Of a stretch of 64,000 nt of DNA, positions 13,546 through 26,200 are shown piece after piece. Source of the stretch: Macrostomum lignano (lineage: Eukaryota); the NCBI GenBank assembly GCA_002269645.1, contig NIVC01001581.1, positions 201,533 through 265,532 of the forward strand. Direction: 5' to 3'. The translations under genes were made by a program, and so were the position numbers. The first letter of the stretch is position 1. Each line of letters starts with the position of its first letter. Under the pieces are notes generated by a model. The model was not told the DNA's origin, did no database searches, and worked only from the letters and a program-made list of their open reading frames with translations.

Positions 13546-14032
13546 GAAACAGTTAGAGTTGTCACAGACGCATAGAGAGAAGCTTAAAAGGTTGCATTAC
13601 CATATTTGAAAGAGCAGGTAAATTTGGGCTAACAATTTTGCGAGCGACACAACTTGTGTCAGACACACGAGCTAGGCTGGGTGAGGAATGATGGAAAAAG
13701 GAGTACGTGAGGCTGTATGGACTTAACGCTGCTCTTCATCTACACACAGACACATACACACACCATTGTTTGCAAATCAACATTTTTTAATCTTTTTCAC
13801 AACAAAAAACGGTTAAAATGTGCATCTAAGCTACTGAACTTTGACCAATGTGAGTAGGAACTTCCGTTTATTTTCGGCACTAATATGAAGCGTCAAGAGC
13901 AGTTGCATTCTAGCAATTGTGTCATGTCCTTTTGATGAAATTTGCTTGAATTGAGTAACTTTGTGGGATGTCTCGCTGTACGATCGGAACGTACAATAAC
14001 AGAAGGTAAGAAATTCTCATTGAGGACTTCTA

Positions 14033-14818
14033 CACCTTTTTACCTTCTATTTTTTAAAATCTGCACTCAATATTGACATTTTTGCATTCAATTTTGACAG
14101 TCTGTGGCATCGATGATCAGTTTGCCAAGTTGTATTACGTTCTGTATGGCAGGTCCGCGATTCAACGCCAAAGTTAGCGACGACGACAGGAAGCCGGTTA
14201 ACCCAGTAATTAACCGGTTAATATTACTGCCCATGAGAATGGTGGTGAATTTTTTCACCTGGCTCGTACCTTGTGGATCAAAAGAACCACAGCGTATGCC
14301 GTTGTTAGGAGTGGACGAGTAGAAAAGCTGCCAAATGGAAATCAGACGTTCGATCAGCTCGTTCAGATCAGATTCAATCAGGACATGCTGGCGTTCATGA
14401 AGAACTCGATTGAGACAAATCCCAATATTGCTCTGGCAAGGACCTGGGATCAGCGAACACTCGCCGGGGCGATTGGCCAGGATCTGAGCTATAGTTGCCA
14501 CTTTTGGATGCACTCAGTCAAAAATGGATGCACATGCAAGTTTTGTTCCATAGACGGCGAGACAAAGGCACTATTTTGTAACCCAGTGTCAAAATTGAAT
14601 GCACTTTGTCAAAATTGGTTGTTTAATTGTTTAATAATTGTAAAATTGTTTAATAAAGGTTGGAGCTCGTCATTTTCGGTTGAAATTTGTCACTATTGCA
14701 TTTGGGTTTGTCAAAATAGGTTGAACATTTCTACAAGCGATGGCACAGACTGTCAAAATTGAATGCCAAGATGTCAATATTGAGTGCAGATTTAAAAAAA
14801 AATAGAAGGTAAAAGGTG
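14033..14818 (+). mobile_element. Internally deleted Tc1/IS630-like DNA transposon with ~80-bp TIRs and TA target duplication
   Basis: TA|caccttt...tgacagtctgtggcatcg (14033-14112) and cgatggcacagactgtca...aaaggtg|TA (14738-14818). The interior encodes an HTH-like remnant: VSDDDRK.. / ITAHENGGEFFHLARTLWIKRTTAYAVVRSGRVEKLP...FNQDMLAFMKNSIETNP. No DDE domain is present. Confidence 0.8.
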
Positions 14819-16074
14819 TAGTGGTGCTTGCAGGTCGTGGTGACAGCAGTCCGCATCTGACTCAGTTTTGATGCCTTATTAGCCAGACAAGGACGCTGCT
14901 CTGGGTTTTCTTAGAAATGAGCTGTCGTATCACATTTAGTATGCTGACTAGCCATTTAGCCCCCCCCCGGGTCAAGAAAAATTCTGGAGATCATGAGAAA
15001 TGCACCGCTTACGAAATTTGAAATTAGAATACGAAAAATTCTCGACATTTGCGCACTGACCCTTGAAATCATTATTCATGCAGTGCAATAAATAACACAT
15101 AGAACGTTTAACAAAAGACTCACTAGTAGAGCCAGTAGAGGACGCACATCTATAATGCGATATTTCTGATGCGCGTTCCTTTCGAAGAAGTCCAGTTGTC
15201 CTTTGAAGAGGTCCAGTTACTGAAATACAAATCAAGCCTCGTAGCGCCCTGTACGAAGCGTGATTTACAAGCTTAAATAACCGGCGTTACGTTCGTTACT
15301 ACGAGTATAAGCAGAACGGAACGATCAATTGACGGAGGTGGCCTCTCTTGTCCTATCGAATAAAATTCAGTAAAAAGGCTGCTCAAACCGTCAAACTCGA
15401 GAAAATGGAGCAAATTTGCCTTTTTTCAGCTGTCTCTATAATACGAGCCAGATTTTTCTTGTCTCAAAATTGTCTGCGTTAAAAATTCTTCGTGTTACGA
15501 ACTTTATTGCATCATTAGACGCCGGAATTGTACATGGGATTATCGAATTTTTTACTCGGCATCAAAATTTTTAGGAGGCTCTTTGTTCTAAACTGCAATT
15601 GTTTTGCATGTGTTTTTCAAAAAGTTAAGACTACATAAACTCATAAGACATCATTGCCAATTGCCTGCGACAAAGTCGGTGCATGATTAATTCAGGACAT
15701 TGTCGCGTCCTTAATTTGTTAATTTATTGGTCAAAGTCGAACAGAGGTTGCCTCGATACTCAATAGTGCAAGCAAAAAGTGCAAGCAGCTCTTTAGTTTC
15801 CGACTCTATTGGTTTGCTCAAAGACAGATCTAAGCTGGTATTGGTTTGAACTCTTGGAATTGGGATAGGCGCTGGGAACACAAAATATTCTTGGGACTCT
15901 GTGATATTTTTTTTGACTCGATTTGACTTGAAGCGCTGCAGAACCAACAAAAATTCTGGACAAAAAACTTTACTGAGAATTGGATAAAACACTTTGCAAA
16001 GTCTAGACAACTGCAGCGATTCTGGGACTTGTTAATTCGATACGTGAGTCCAGTATTGCGTTCGAGTGAGCTGC

Positions 16075-18359
16075 TCAAAACTCGATGAAGTCCTCCGGCT
16101 GGTCAGCGTAGAACTCGTTGGCCTCGTCCTCGAATCCGGGCATGTCGATCCCGCTGGCGGCTCGCTCGCCGTTCAGAAGCATCTGTTTCATCATGCGGTC
16201 CATGCGGTCCATCTCGCGGTTCATCTCGCGGAAGACTCGTTCGGTGCCGGGCACGGTAGCGGAGGCGGCCATCACGCTAGACGGGGCCAGGTCCCACAGC
16301 TCGCCGCTGGTGTAGCACATCCTGCTGCCGTCCTTGCCGACATCGTCAGCTCGAATCCAGTACATCATGTAGAAGTTGCACATCTCGTCCTTCTGGGTAG
16401 CGCCGATGCTCACGTCCTTGTCGCCGGTGTTCTCCATGACGCACTTGGCCGCCAGCATGTCGCCAGGCCTGATGACGCCGCTGCCGTTCACTGGGTAGAA
16501 CATCTGGGGCATCTGCGGATTGGCCGAACCGATGAGGCTCCAGTGGCCGTCGCGAACGCGGTAGCCGCTCACCACGCGACCGTGGCTGTGGGTGTGCGTG
16601 CGGAAAGCGAACGGGTGCAGTGTGGTCTGGCCGTCGTAACTGCAGCTCGTCTCCATGTGCGTCACCGAGTGCGCCGGGATAACACCGTCAGTTAGTGAGA
16701 TGTGCACACCGCCGAGTTTCGGCGACGGAGTCGTCTGGTAGGTCATTTTCACGCCGGAGTTGTCCTTCAGGCTGGGGTTCTTGACGAAATCGGAGGCCTG
16801 CGTTTGGGGAGAGGTTGATTTTTTCTCATATTTGATGTCTCTCTTATCTCTGAATAGTGTTCCTCCACGATATTTGATGTGTCCCTCTACGATCTTGATG
16901 TGTCCCTATACGATCTTTGATGTGTCCCTCTACGATCTTGATGTGTCCCTATACGATCTTTGATGTGTCCCTCTACGATCTTGATGTGTCCCTATACGAT
17001 CTTTGATGTGTTCCTCTACGATCTTGATGTGTTTCTCTACGATATTGATGTGTTTCTCTACGATATTGATGTGTTTCTCTACGATATTTGATGTGTCCTT
17101 CTACGATCCTTGATGCGTCCCTCTACGATCTTTGATGCGTCCCTCTACGATCTTTGATGTGTCCCTCTACGATCTTGAGGTGTCCCTCTACGATCTTGGA
17201 TGTGTCCCTCTACATCCTTGATGCGTCCCTCTACGATCTTTGATGCGTCCCTATACGATCTTTGATGCGTCCCTCTACGATCTTTGATGCGTCCCTCTAC
17301 GATCTTTGATGCGTCCCTCTACGATCTTTGATGCGTCCCTCTACGATCTTTGATGCGTCCCTCTACGATCTTTGATGCGTCCCTCTACGATCTTGGATGT
17401 GTCCCTCTACGATCTTTGATGTGTCCCTCTACGATCTTGGATGTGTCCCTCTACATCCTTGATGCGTCCCTCTACGATCTTTGATGCGTCCCTCTACGAT
17501 CTTTGATGCGTCCCTCTACGATCTTTGATGCGTCCCTCTACGATCTTGGATGTGTCCCTCTACGATCTTGGATGTGTCCCTCTACGATCTTGATGTGTCC
17601 CTCTACGATCTTGATGTGTCCCTCTACGATCTTGGATGTGTCCCTCTACATCCTTGATGCGTCCCTCTACGATCTTTGATGCGTCCCTCTACGATCTTTG
17701 ATGCGTCCCTCTACGATCTTTGATGCGTCCCTCTACGATCTTGGATGTGTCCCTCTACGATCTTGATATTTCTCTACTCAGATTTTATCTTTTCTCTTTG
17801 ATGTTTGTCTTTACGATTTTCGACTTCTGCTTTCTAACGTCGAATAGCATTATAAATTCAAAAGACTTACCTTCTTATAGTGCACCTGCACGACTAGCCA
17901 GGGCAGGTCAAAGCCGGGCCCAACGCCAAAAGTCACACCGTCGGGCAGCTGCAAAGCCGGAGCGTCCATGGCGTAGGCGTAGATGATGCGGGTGTCGCTG
18001 GCGCACTGAGGCGCCTGCTTGTAGGTTTTATCACCGGCAGCTCCCTCCGACTTGGTGAGCATCTCGCCGCAGTTCCAGACTTTCTCGGTGGCCGAGCCGG
18101 GCTCCTTGCAGGCGGTCAGGATGATGTGGTGAGCGTGTCCGGACTGATGCTGCGGATTGAAGGCCCGGATGTAGCGGTTCTTGTCGAGTTTCACAGCCGT
18201 GCACAGGTAGGTGTCCTCCTGCTTGGGCGACACGCCCGGCATCAAAAGGTCCATGACGTTGCTGTCGCTGGCGGCCGGTGCCGAAGCCACCGAGGTCAGC
18301 ACCAGCGGCATCGCCAGCAGCGAGCACACGGCCGCAATGTTCACTAGTAGAGGCGTCAT
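16075..18359 (-). CDS. PHM: Peptidylglycine alpha-hydroxylating monooxygenase (monofunctional PHM), ~403 aa
   Basis: Exons 18359-17871 and 16797-16075 with a phase-0 intron. Signal peptide; CuH ligands GHAHHIIL and VQVHY; CuM ligands RTHTHSHG and DEMCNFY; PQMFYPV motif. The stop comes with no PAL or TM domain. A probable 5'UTR intron lies at 18528-18378. Confidence 0.95.
16860..17765 (+). repeat. ~22-bp minisatellite (ctacgatctttgatgcgtccct) in the PHM intron
   Basis: Visible tandem units. Confidence 0.95.
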
Positions 18360-19091
18360 GCGCAAGGTACTCGGCCTCTGTAATATGTTGGACCGTGTGT
18401 GTAATGTCAGATAAGTGCTGCAGTGTATAGAGTTTATACAGTCGTATTTATCTTTAACTGTAGCGTCTTATCAGCTGACTCTATAGACAGATATATTCCT
18501 ACATGCGCTCGCGAGATTAAAAGCTTACCTTCTAAAAACTTTACGTTCAAGTTCCGACTTCAGCAGTAGGAAACAATCGGAGCGGTAGGTGCGCGCTGTG
18601 CTCTCAGGCAGAAACCTATGCAGTCGGTTTCAGCTGAAAAATTTCGGAATTGAATTAAGCAGCGGATAAGCGAAGGGAAGGGGAATTCCTGGTGCAGCGG
18701 CTTTTGTGGATTTTGCGCTAGGCGGGGTTGGCTCGGGTGGAGAGGATGCTTGCACAGCGTAGGCCTCTTCGACAGTGAGGAGCTCCCAGTATTGAGAGAG
18801 AGGGGAGAAGCACTGAGTGAGCTCCTTCTCCTTTGCCTCCTGCATCCCAGCCCAGCTTCCCAAATCTCTCCCCAGCCTCAGATCGATAAATTTCTCTTAT
18901 CTCGGGGATGTGGGGGGAGAAGGGAGGAGCTGCAACTGCAGGGACTTCCGCCGACGGCGGGAGGGCAGGGACGGGGGCGATTGACACGAACGGCCTTAGT
19001 AGCATGGGAGAACTTCGCCTGATCGGGATGGGATGGGAAGACTTGGGAATTGAGGATGAGAATGGAATGAGGAAGGCTGTTCTCCTCTCGG

Positions 19092-19122
<31 letters not shown>

Positions 19123-19227
19123 CCTCCTCTACGTCCCTGGGGAGCAGTTGCCACGCCAACCTTTCGGCCTCATCTCCCACAGCCTCCTCTCCTTCATCAC
19201 CTAACTCTCGCCCCGTCCCGAGTCCTC

Positions 19228-19293
<66 letters not shown>

Positions 19294-20222
19294 ACGCTTC
19301 CCGTGTCTCCCATCTCAGCCCAAATATGGAGAACAAAAAAATGGAAAGTAATGAAACAGGAGGGGCATGGCAGGGTTCTGTACGAAAAATCTACCTAGCA
19401 ACCATATAGATAATTTGAGAGGCAAGCAACGAGGATTAGAGACGAGTCGTATTTGATGTGCTCTCTGTTCTCTAGCACACGCCCATGGACTTCTAATCCT
19501 ATAGCTTGGAGAGGAAATCTAGTATTCAAAATCATGTATTCAAGACTTTTTGGTTAGTCAAGACAGAAAATCAATAAAAATAAAGCCAGAAAAAAAGCCC
19601 AAGGAGTTCGAAAGTTCTAGGAATCTGGCGATACTCTAGTCTAACTATCATGGTGTACTAAAACTAGACTCTGGAAAGGGTTCTCTTCATATTTCTATTC
19701 CGAAATGCTACCCGAAAAGACACCGATCCCGAATCAAAGAATTTCTTGACCTGGAGTTGTCCAGCGCAAAGAATTAGCTTTTGAAAACCCTCTTTGAAAG
19801 GTTCTAAAGATGAAACCAGCTAATTACAACTATATAAGTTGGCTAAGCGGGACACAGAAAAATGAAATAAAATGAATATGATTTATGATTTTGTAGAAAA
19901 AAATCTTTGAAGAAGTAATAAGTTTTGTAGAAAAAATTAAACAAAAAACAATACAAAATTATAAGTGAACAAAGGATGTAGGCAACATCGCAACAATATT
20001 ATCACAGTAATATCACAAAAAATAGAAAATAAAACTCGATAAATTTTTCTACAGTTGCTACTTACAGTAAGCAGAATGAATATCTTTAATACCAACAAGA
20101 ACGCAAAAAAGTGCTGCATAGGTATTCAACTCACCAAAATCGCATGCCGCAAACTAAAAGTACATTTTATCACCTTTATTAAAAATATAATCGATCGGTC
20201 CAATTTTCTGACCTTAGGAATA

Positions 20223-23200
20223 TTACAGCTCGCTTTCCTGTAACTCAGGTGTTATCTCTTCATACCCGCCGCCAGCTTGCCTTTCATTTTCGGCTTCGTT
20301 TGAAGTTGCCGCCGCAGACGCCGCCGCCAACTCTTGATCGTTTGAAGTTGCCGCCGCAGACGCCGCCGCCAACTCTTGATCGTTTGAAGTTGCCGCCGCA
20401 GACGCCGCCGCCAACTCTTGATCGTTTGAAGTTGCCGCCGCAGACGCCGCCGCCAACTCTTGATCGTTTGAAGTTGCCGCCGCAGACGCCGCCGCCAACT
20501 CTTGATCGTTTGAAGTTGCCGCCGCAGACGCCGCCGCCAACTCTTGATCGTTTGAAGTTGCCGCCGCAGACGCCGCCGCCAACTCTTGATCGTTTGAAGT
20601 TGCCGCCGCCCGATGCTCCACAAGCCGTTTCGGCGGCAGCGGCGGCGCCCTGAACACTGGCGGCGACTCGCGACCGATCACGTTGTTGTAGGTGTCCTCA
20701 TTGCCGTTTCTAGGCAGCGACTGCACCTGATTTATTATGACAGTATCACTAGTAATCTTAGGTCCCGTTGGCAACAAATAAAGCTAAAATCTCTTCTATA
20801 AAAAAGTTTTTAACGCAAGAAGCCTTGTAAAATTACCATTGTTGTTTCTTAGAAATTAGAAAAGGCGTCAAGTTAGCTCGTATCTTGTCTAAGACATCCG
20901 CATCTCCATTGAGTCATGGCATCTCAGCAACTCCCCATTGAGCCAATTGGCATCTCAGCAACTCCCCATTGAGCCAATTGGCATCTCAGCAACTCCCCAT
21001 TGAGCCAATTGGCATCTCAGCAACTCCCCATTGAGCCAATTGGCATCTCAGCAACTCCCCATTGAGCCATGGCATCTCAGCAACCCCCCATTGAGCCAAC
21101 TGGCATCTCAGCAACTCCCCATTGAGCCAATTGGCATCTCAGCAACTCCCCATTGAGCCAATTGGCATCTCAGCAACTCCCCATTGAGCCAATTGGCATC
21201 TCAGCAACTCCCCATTGAGCCAATTGGCATCTCAGCAACTCACCATTGAGCCAATTGGCACCTCAGCAACTCCCCATTGAGCCATGGCATCTCAGCAACT
21301 CCCCATTGAGTCAATTGGCATCTCAGCAACTCCCCATTGAGCCATGGCATCTCAGCAACTCCCCATTGAGCCAATTGGCATCTCAGCAACTCCCCATTGA
21401 GTCAATTGGCATCTCAGCAACTGAACCTTAAAGCTCTCACAAGAATTTGGTTACTTGCTCAACTATAATTTCTAATTTGTTTTGGGCTAAGTGAGACACA
21501 GTCAAATCAAAACACAAACCTTGGCATATTGCGCCTCGGCGTCCTCATACGGACAATCTGCTCCAGAACCGATGTGCAAGCCGGCAACGGAGTAAGCGTA
21601 CGAGGCATTGTCAATGCTGATCGCTGACGAGTGCCCTGTTCGGTTCGATTGAGTCAGATGGTCAACGCTACGACCCTCGGCGGCTTGGTGACGACGGCTC
21701 CTGATCAACCGGTAGGCAAAGAAGACCACCACGGCAGCAATGGCCAGCAGCAGAGCGGGCACAAGCAGCCCGACCAGCAATCGGTTGTTATTGGCAGCTG
21801 ACAGTTCCGCTTCCGTCTGGTAGCGCGAGGTACAATTGACACCGGACCAGCCGATGGTGCACAGACAGGTGAAACTGCCGTGCAGGTTGCGGCATACCTG
21901 ACTGCCGTCGGTTTTGCAGGGTCTGTCTGTACTGGCTGAGCACTCGTCGATGTCCTGCTCACAACGGGGTCCGCTAAATCCTTTTGCGCACTGACAGGTG
22001 AAGTTACCTGAGAAAGAAATTGATGCTTGATCTGAGTGGTCCAAGAAGTTTTATCTAGGTACTTTTTCCGCCACTGTTACAACACTTTGCAGGTGATTTT
22101 GAGGCTACATGTTTCATGTTGTTGCATCGACTTGCGGTAGGTTTCTGAGGCTACATGTTGTTCATTGACTTGCTGGAGTTTTCTGAGGCTACATGTTGTT
22201 CATTGACTTGCTGGAGTTTTCTGAGGCTACATGTTGTTCATTGACTTGCTGGAGTTTTCTGAGGCTACATGTTGTTCATTCACTTGCTGGAGTTTTCTGA
22301 GGCTTCTTGTTTTGTGTTGGTGCATCGACTTGCAGTAGGTTTCTGAGGCTACATGTTTCATGTTGCTGCATCGACTTGCGGGAGGCTTCTGAGGCCACAT
22401 GGTGAATGATTTTTGTACAATTCTGAGCCTATATGCTACACTACCTTCGTATGTACATGCATTTATTTAAAATCTAGTTTTCATCAGGTTTGCATTAGCC
22501 TACCTGGAGGCGAGTTCACACAGGTGCCACCATTGAAGCAAGCGTTGGTGAGTTTGCATTCGTCAACATCCTCAGTGCAGTTTTTCCCCGTCCATCCAGC
22601 CAAGCAGTGGCAGCTGTAGGTGCCAAACTGGTTGCGACAGGCGCTGGCATGTTGGCAAACTGGCGGCGAGGCCGCGCACTCATCGATGTCCGACTCGCAG
22701 AAGGTGCCGTTGAACCCGGCGGAGCAGCTGCAACCTCCGGCGCCTGTGCCGGGAATGCAGGTACCGTTGTTGCGACACGGAGTATCCGGCGAGTCGCAGG
22801 CTGACAGTTTTGTCTCGCATGTTGGGCCTAATTTTAGGCGAAGTATTAGAAAATCAGCTCAAATGCCATTGTGCTACTATCAGTAATATGCATCAAAGTT
22901 GCTCACCTCCCCACAGACCGACGCATTCGCAAGCGAATCCCGAGTCCAAGTTGGCGCACGTGCCGCTATTTTTGCAGGGAGTTCGGCTGGCACAGTAGGT
23001 CTGACGGCACGAGCTGACTGGATCGTAGGCTGCAGAATCATTAAGTTGTAGTAATGATATTTTATGTAATTTGTGCGTGCTCACAGATTCTAGTGTGGTG
23101 ATAAAGCCCCTGGTGCTAAAGCCAATGGTGCTAAAGTACATGGTGCAAAAGCCCTTGGTGATAAAGCCCCTGGTGCTAAAACCTCTGGTGATAAAGCTCC

Positions 23201-26200
23201 TGGTGCTAAAGCCTCTGGTGCTAAAGCCTCTGGTGATAAAGCCTGGCCTTTACCCAAGCGGAGCTTCTGAACCTTCAACAGGTGGCTCCAAATGATTATG
23301 GGTAATGGACACCCTGTTGCAAATTTCCCTGATGTCTTTGGTCAAGCCTCAGCTGCTGGGCATCCTCAGCAAGTCTGTCACCACCACGACGCCGTCGGCT
23401 CCTTCAACGTGTGACGCCAAGGTGCTATGCATATACCCGAAGAAGGCTTTTCATCGTACACACCCTCAACATTTTAGACCCGAAGAGGAATATATTATAA
23501 TGTTATATATGCTCTGGTGTGTGCTCACAGATTCTGATGTGTGCTCACAGATTCTGGTGTGTGCTCACAGATTCTGATGTGTGCTCACAGATTCTGATAT
23601 GTGCTCACAGATTATGGTGTGTGCTCACAGATTCTGGTGTGTGCTCACAGATTATGATGTGTGCTCATAGATTCTCTGATGCGTGCTCACAGATACTGAT
23701 GTGTGCTCACAGATACTGATGTGTGCTCACAGATTCCAATGTGTGCTCACAAATTCTGATGTGTGCTCACAGATTCTGATGTGTGCTCACAGATTCTGGT
23801 GTGTGCTCACAGATTCTGATGTGTGCTCACAGATTCTGATATGTGCTCACAGATTCTGGTGTGTGCTCACAGATTCTGGTGTGTGCTCACAGATTCTGAT
23901 GTGTGCTCACAGATTCTGATGTGTGCTCACAGATTCTGATGTGTGCTCACAGCAGAGCACAAACTTTGCCAGCCGGAAAGACAAGGACTACTCAAGTAGA
24001 AGTAGGAAAACTTTAGGAGGCAAGTCTTTTCGAAGAACAGAGATATGAGATTCTTATTTTTTAGCACAAAAATTAACTACTGCTTTCGATAGGAGGCCGA
24101 CCCAATGTTTTCATCTTTTGTCTCTGATATTTTTGCCTTAGTTATACTTATAGATTTACTAATATTCAAAGAGTTTTCGTTTGGAAAATTATAGGATTTA
24201 ATATTAATTATCTTTGTGTTTGCTGCAACAGAGGCTGCCACTGACTCACTGGGTAGACAGAGCTTGCCACCGGCAGGGCTGCAGGTGTAGTGTCCCGACG
24301 AACCGTCATTGCCTGCCACGCAGTACTTGGTACAATCGGTTGAGTAGAAATTTTCTAAACAGGCCACAGATATTTGCAGTGTAAGCCTGCGTCGAAGAAA
24401 GAGAAGAGCTCTTAGTAAGGTATGTTGCCTGTCGGAATACAGAAACTACGCTAGCACAAGCGCAATATTAGCTGTCTGCAGTCAATTCAAATCTCAAAAT
24501 GCATTTTTGGTTTTGGCTTTGCACTGAGAATTTTGCATACAACTTATTGCTTACTGTGGAGAGAATTAAGCTGAAAAGGACTTGCTTTGCCATAGTCTAT
24601 GGTACAGCCAAGGAGTATTGAGGTCGCCTAGTATAGAGTGCCAATAAGGATGAAAATCTAGGCGACCTCAATACTCTTTGGGTACAGCCCATTCGAAAAA
24701 CTGCGAGAGATGCTGGGGCCCCGGTGCTAAAGCCCCTGGTGCTAAAGCCCCTGATGCTAAATCCCCTAGTGCTAAAGCCCTTGGTGCTAAAGCCCTTGGT
24801 GCTAAAGCCCTTGGTGCTAAAGCCCCTGGTGCTAAAGCCCCTGGTGCTAAAGCCTCTGGTGCTAAAGCACCTGGTGCTAAAGCCAATGGTGCTAAAGTAC
24901 ATGGTGCAAAAGCCCCTGGTGCTAAAGCCAATGGTGCTAAAGTACATGGTGCTAAAGCCTCTGGTGATAAAGCCCCTGGTGCTAAAGCCCCTGGTGCTAA
25001 AGCCTCTGGTGATAAAGCCCCTGGTGCTAAAGCCCCTGGTGCTAAAGCCTCTGGTGATAAAGCTCCTGGTGCTAAAGCCTCTGGTGCTAAAGCCTCTGGT
25101 GATAAAGCCCCTGGTGCTAAAGCCCCTGGTGCTAAAGCCTCTGGTGATAAAGCTCCTGGTGCTAAAGCCTCTGGTGCTAAAGCCTCTGGTGATAAAGCCC
25201 CTGGTGCTAAAGCCCCTGGTGCTAAAGCCAATGGTGCTAAAGTACATGGTGCAAAAGCCCTTGGTGATAAAGCCCCTGGTGCTAAAACCTCTGGTGATAA
25301 AGCTCCTGGTGCTAAAGCCTCTGGTGCTAAAGCCTCTGGTGATAAAGCTCCTGGTGCTAAAGCCCACTGGCCTTTACCCAAGCGGAGCTTCTGAACCTTC
25401 AACAGGTGGCTCCAAATGATTATGGGTAATGGACACCCTGTTGCAAATTTCCCTGATGTCTTTGGTCAAGCCTCAGCTGCTGGGCATCCTCAGCAAGTCT
25501 GTCACCACCACGACGCCGTCGGCTCCTTCAACGTGTGACGCCAAGGTGCTATGCATATACCCGAAGAAGGCTTTTCATCGTACACACCCTCAACCTTTTA
25601 GACCCGAAGAGGAATATATTATAATGTTATTTTTGCTCTTAAAATTATTAGTATGTTAATAGGCAAGTTGCTTTGTTTATTGAACTATAAAATTGAATTA
25701 AAACTAAAAGGCCAACTCACGTAGCTCCGGACAAGCCGTCGGGATTCAGTCGAACTTCTTTGACGTTTCGGAAGTCTCCATTGAGTCCGGCAGTTCCCAG
25801 GAATGTGTACACGAATGTGCCCATATAGTCCCAGGCGCCTATTGGGTCGAAATCGTCCACCTTCACATGGATTGTGAACCGGCCCTGTAGCAGGGACAGT
25901 GAGTTGCTAATCTATTAATATATAAAGGATTGCTAATCTATAGCCATATCTGCTGGGTGAAGGAACAGAATGGATTGCTAATCTATAGCCATATCTGCTG
26001 GGTGAAGGAACAGAATGGATTGCTAATCTATAGCCATATCTGCTGGGTGAAGGAACAGAATGGATTGCTAATCTATAGCCATATCTGCTGGATGAAGGAA
26101 CAGAATGGATTGCTAATCTATAGCCATATCTGCTGGGTGAAGGAACAGAATGGATTGCTAATCTATAGCCATATCTGCTGGGTGAAGGAACAGAATGGAT

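Noticed and set aside
18700-19022. ORF fragment (VGLFDSEELPVLRERGEALSELLL) reminiscent of a LINE ORF2 C-terminus
   Set aside because: The similarity is impressionistic, with no RT motifs; it needs a profile search.
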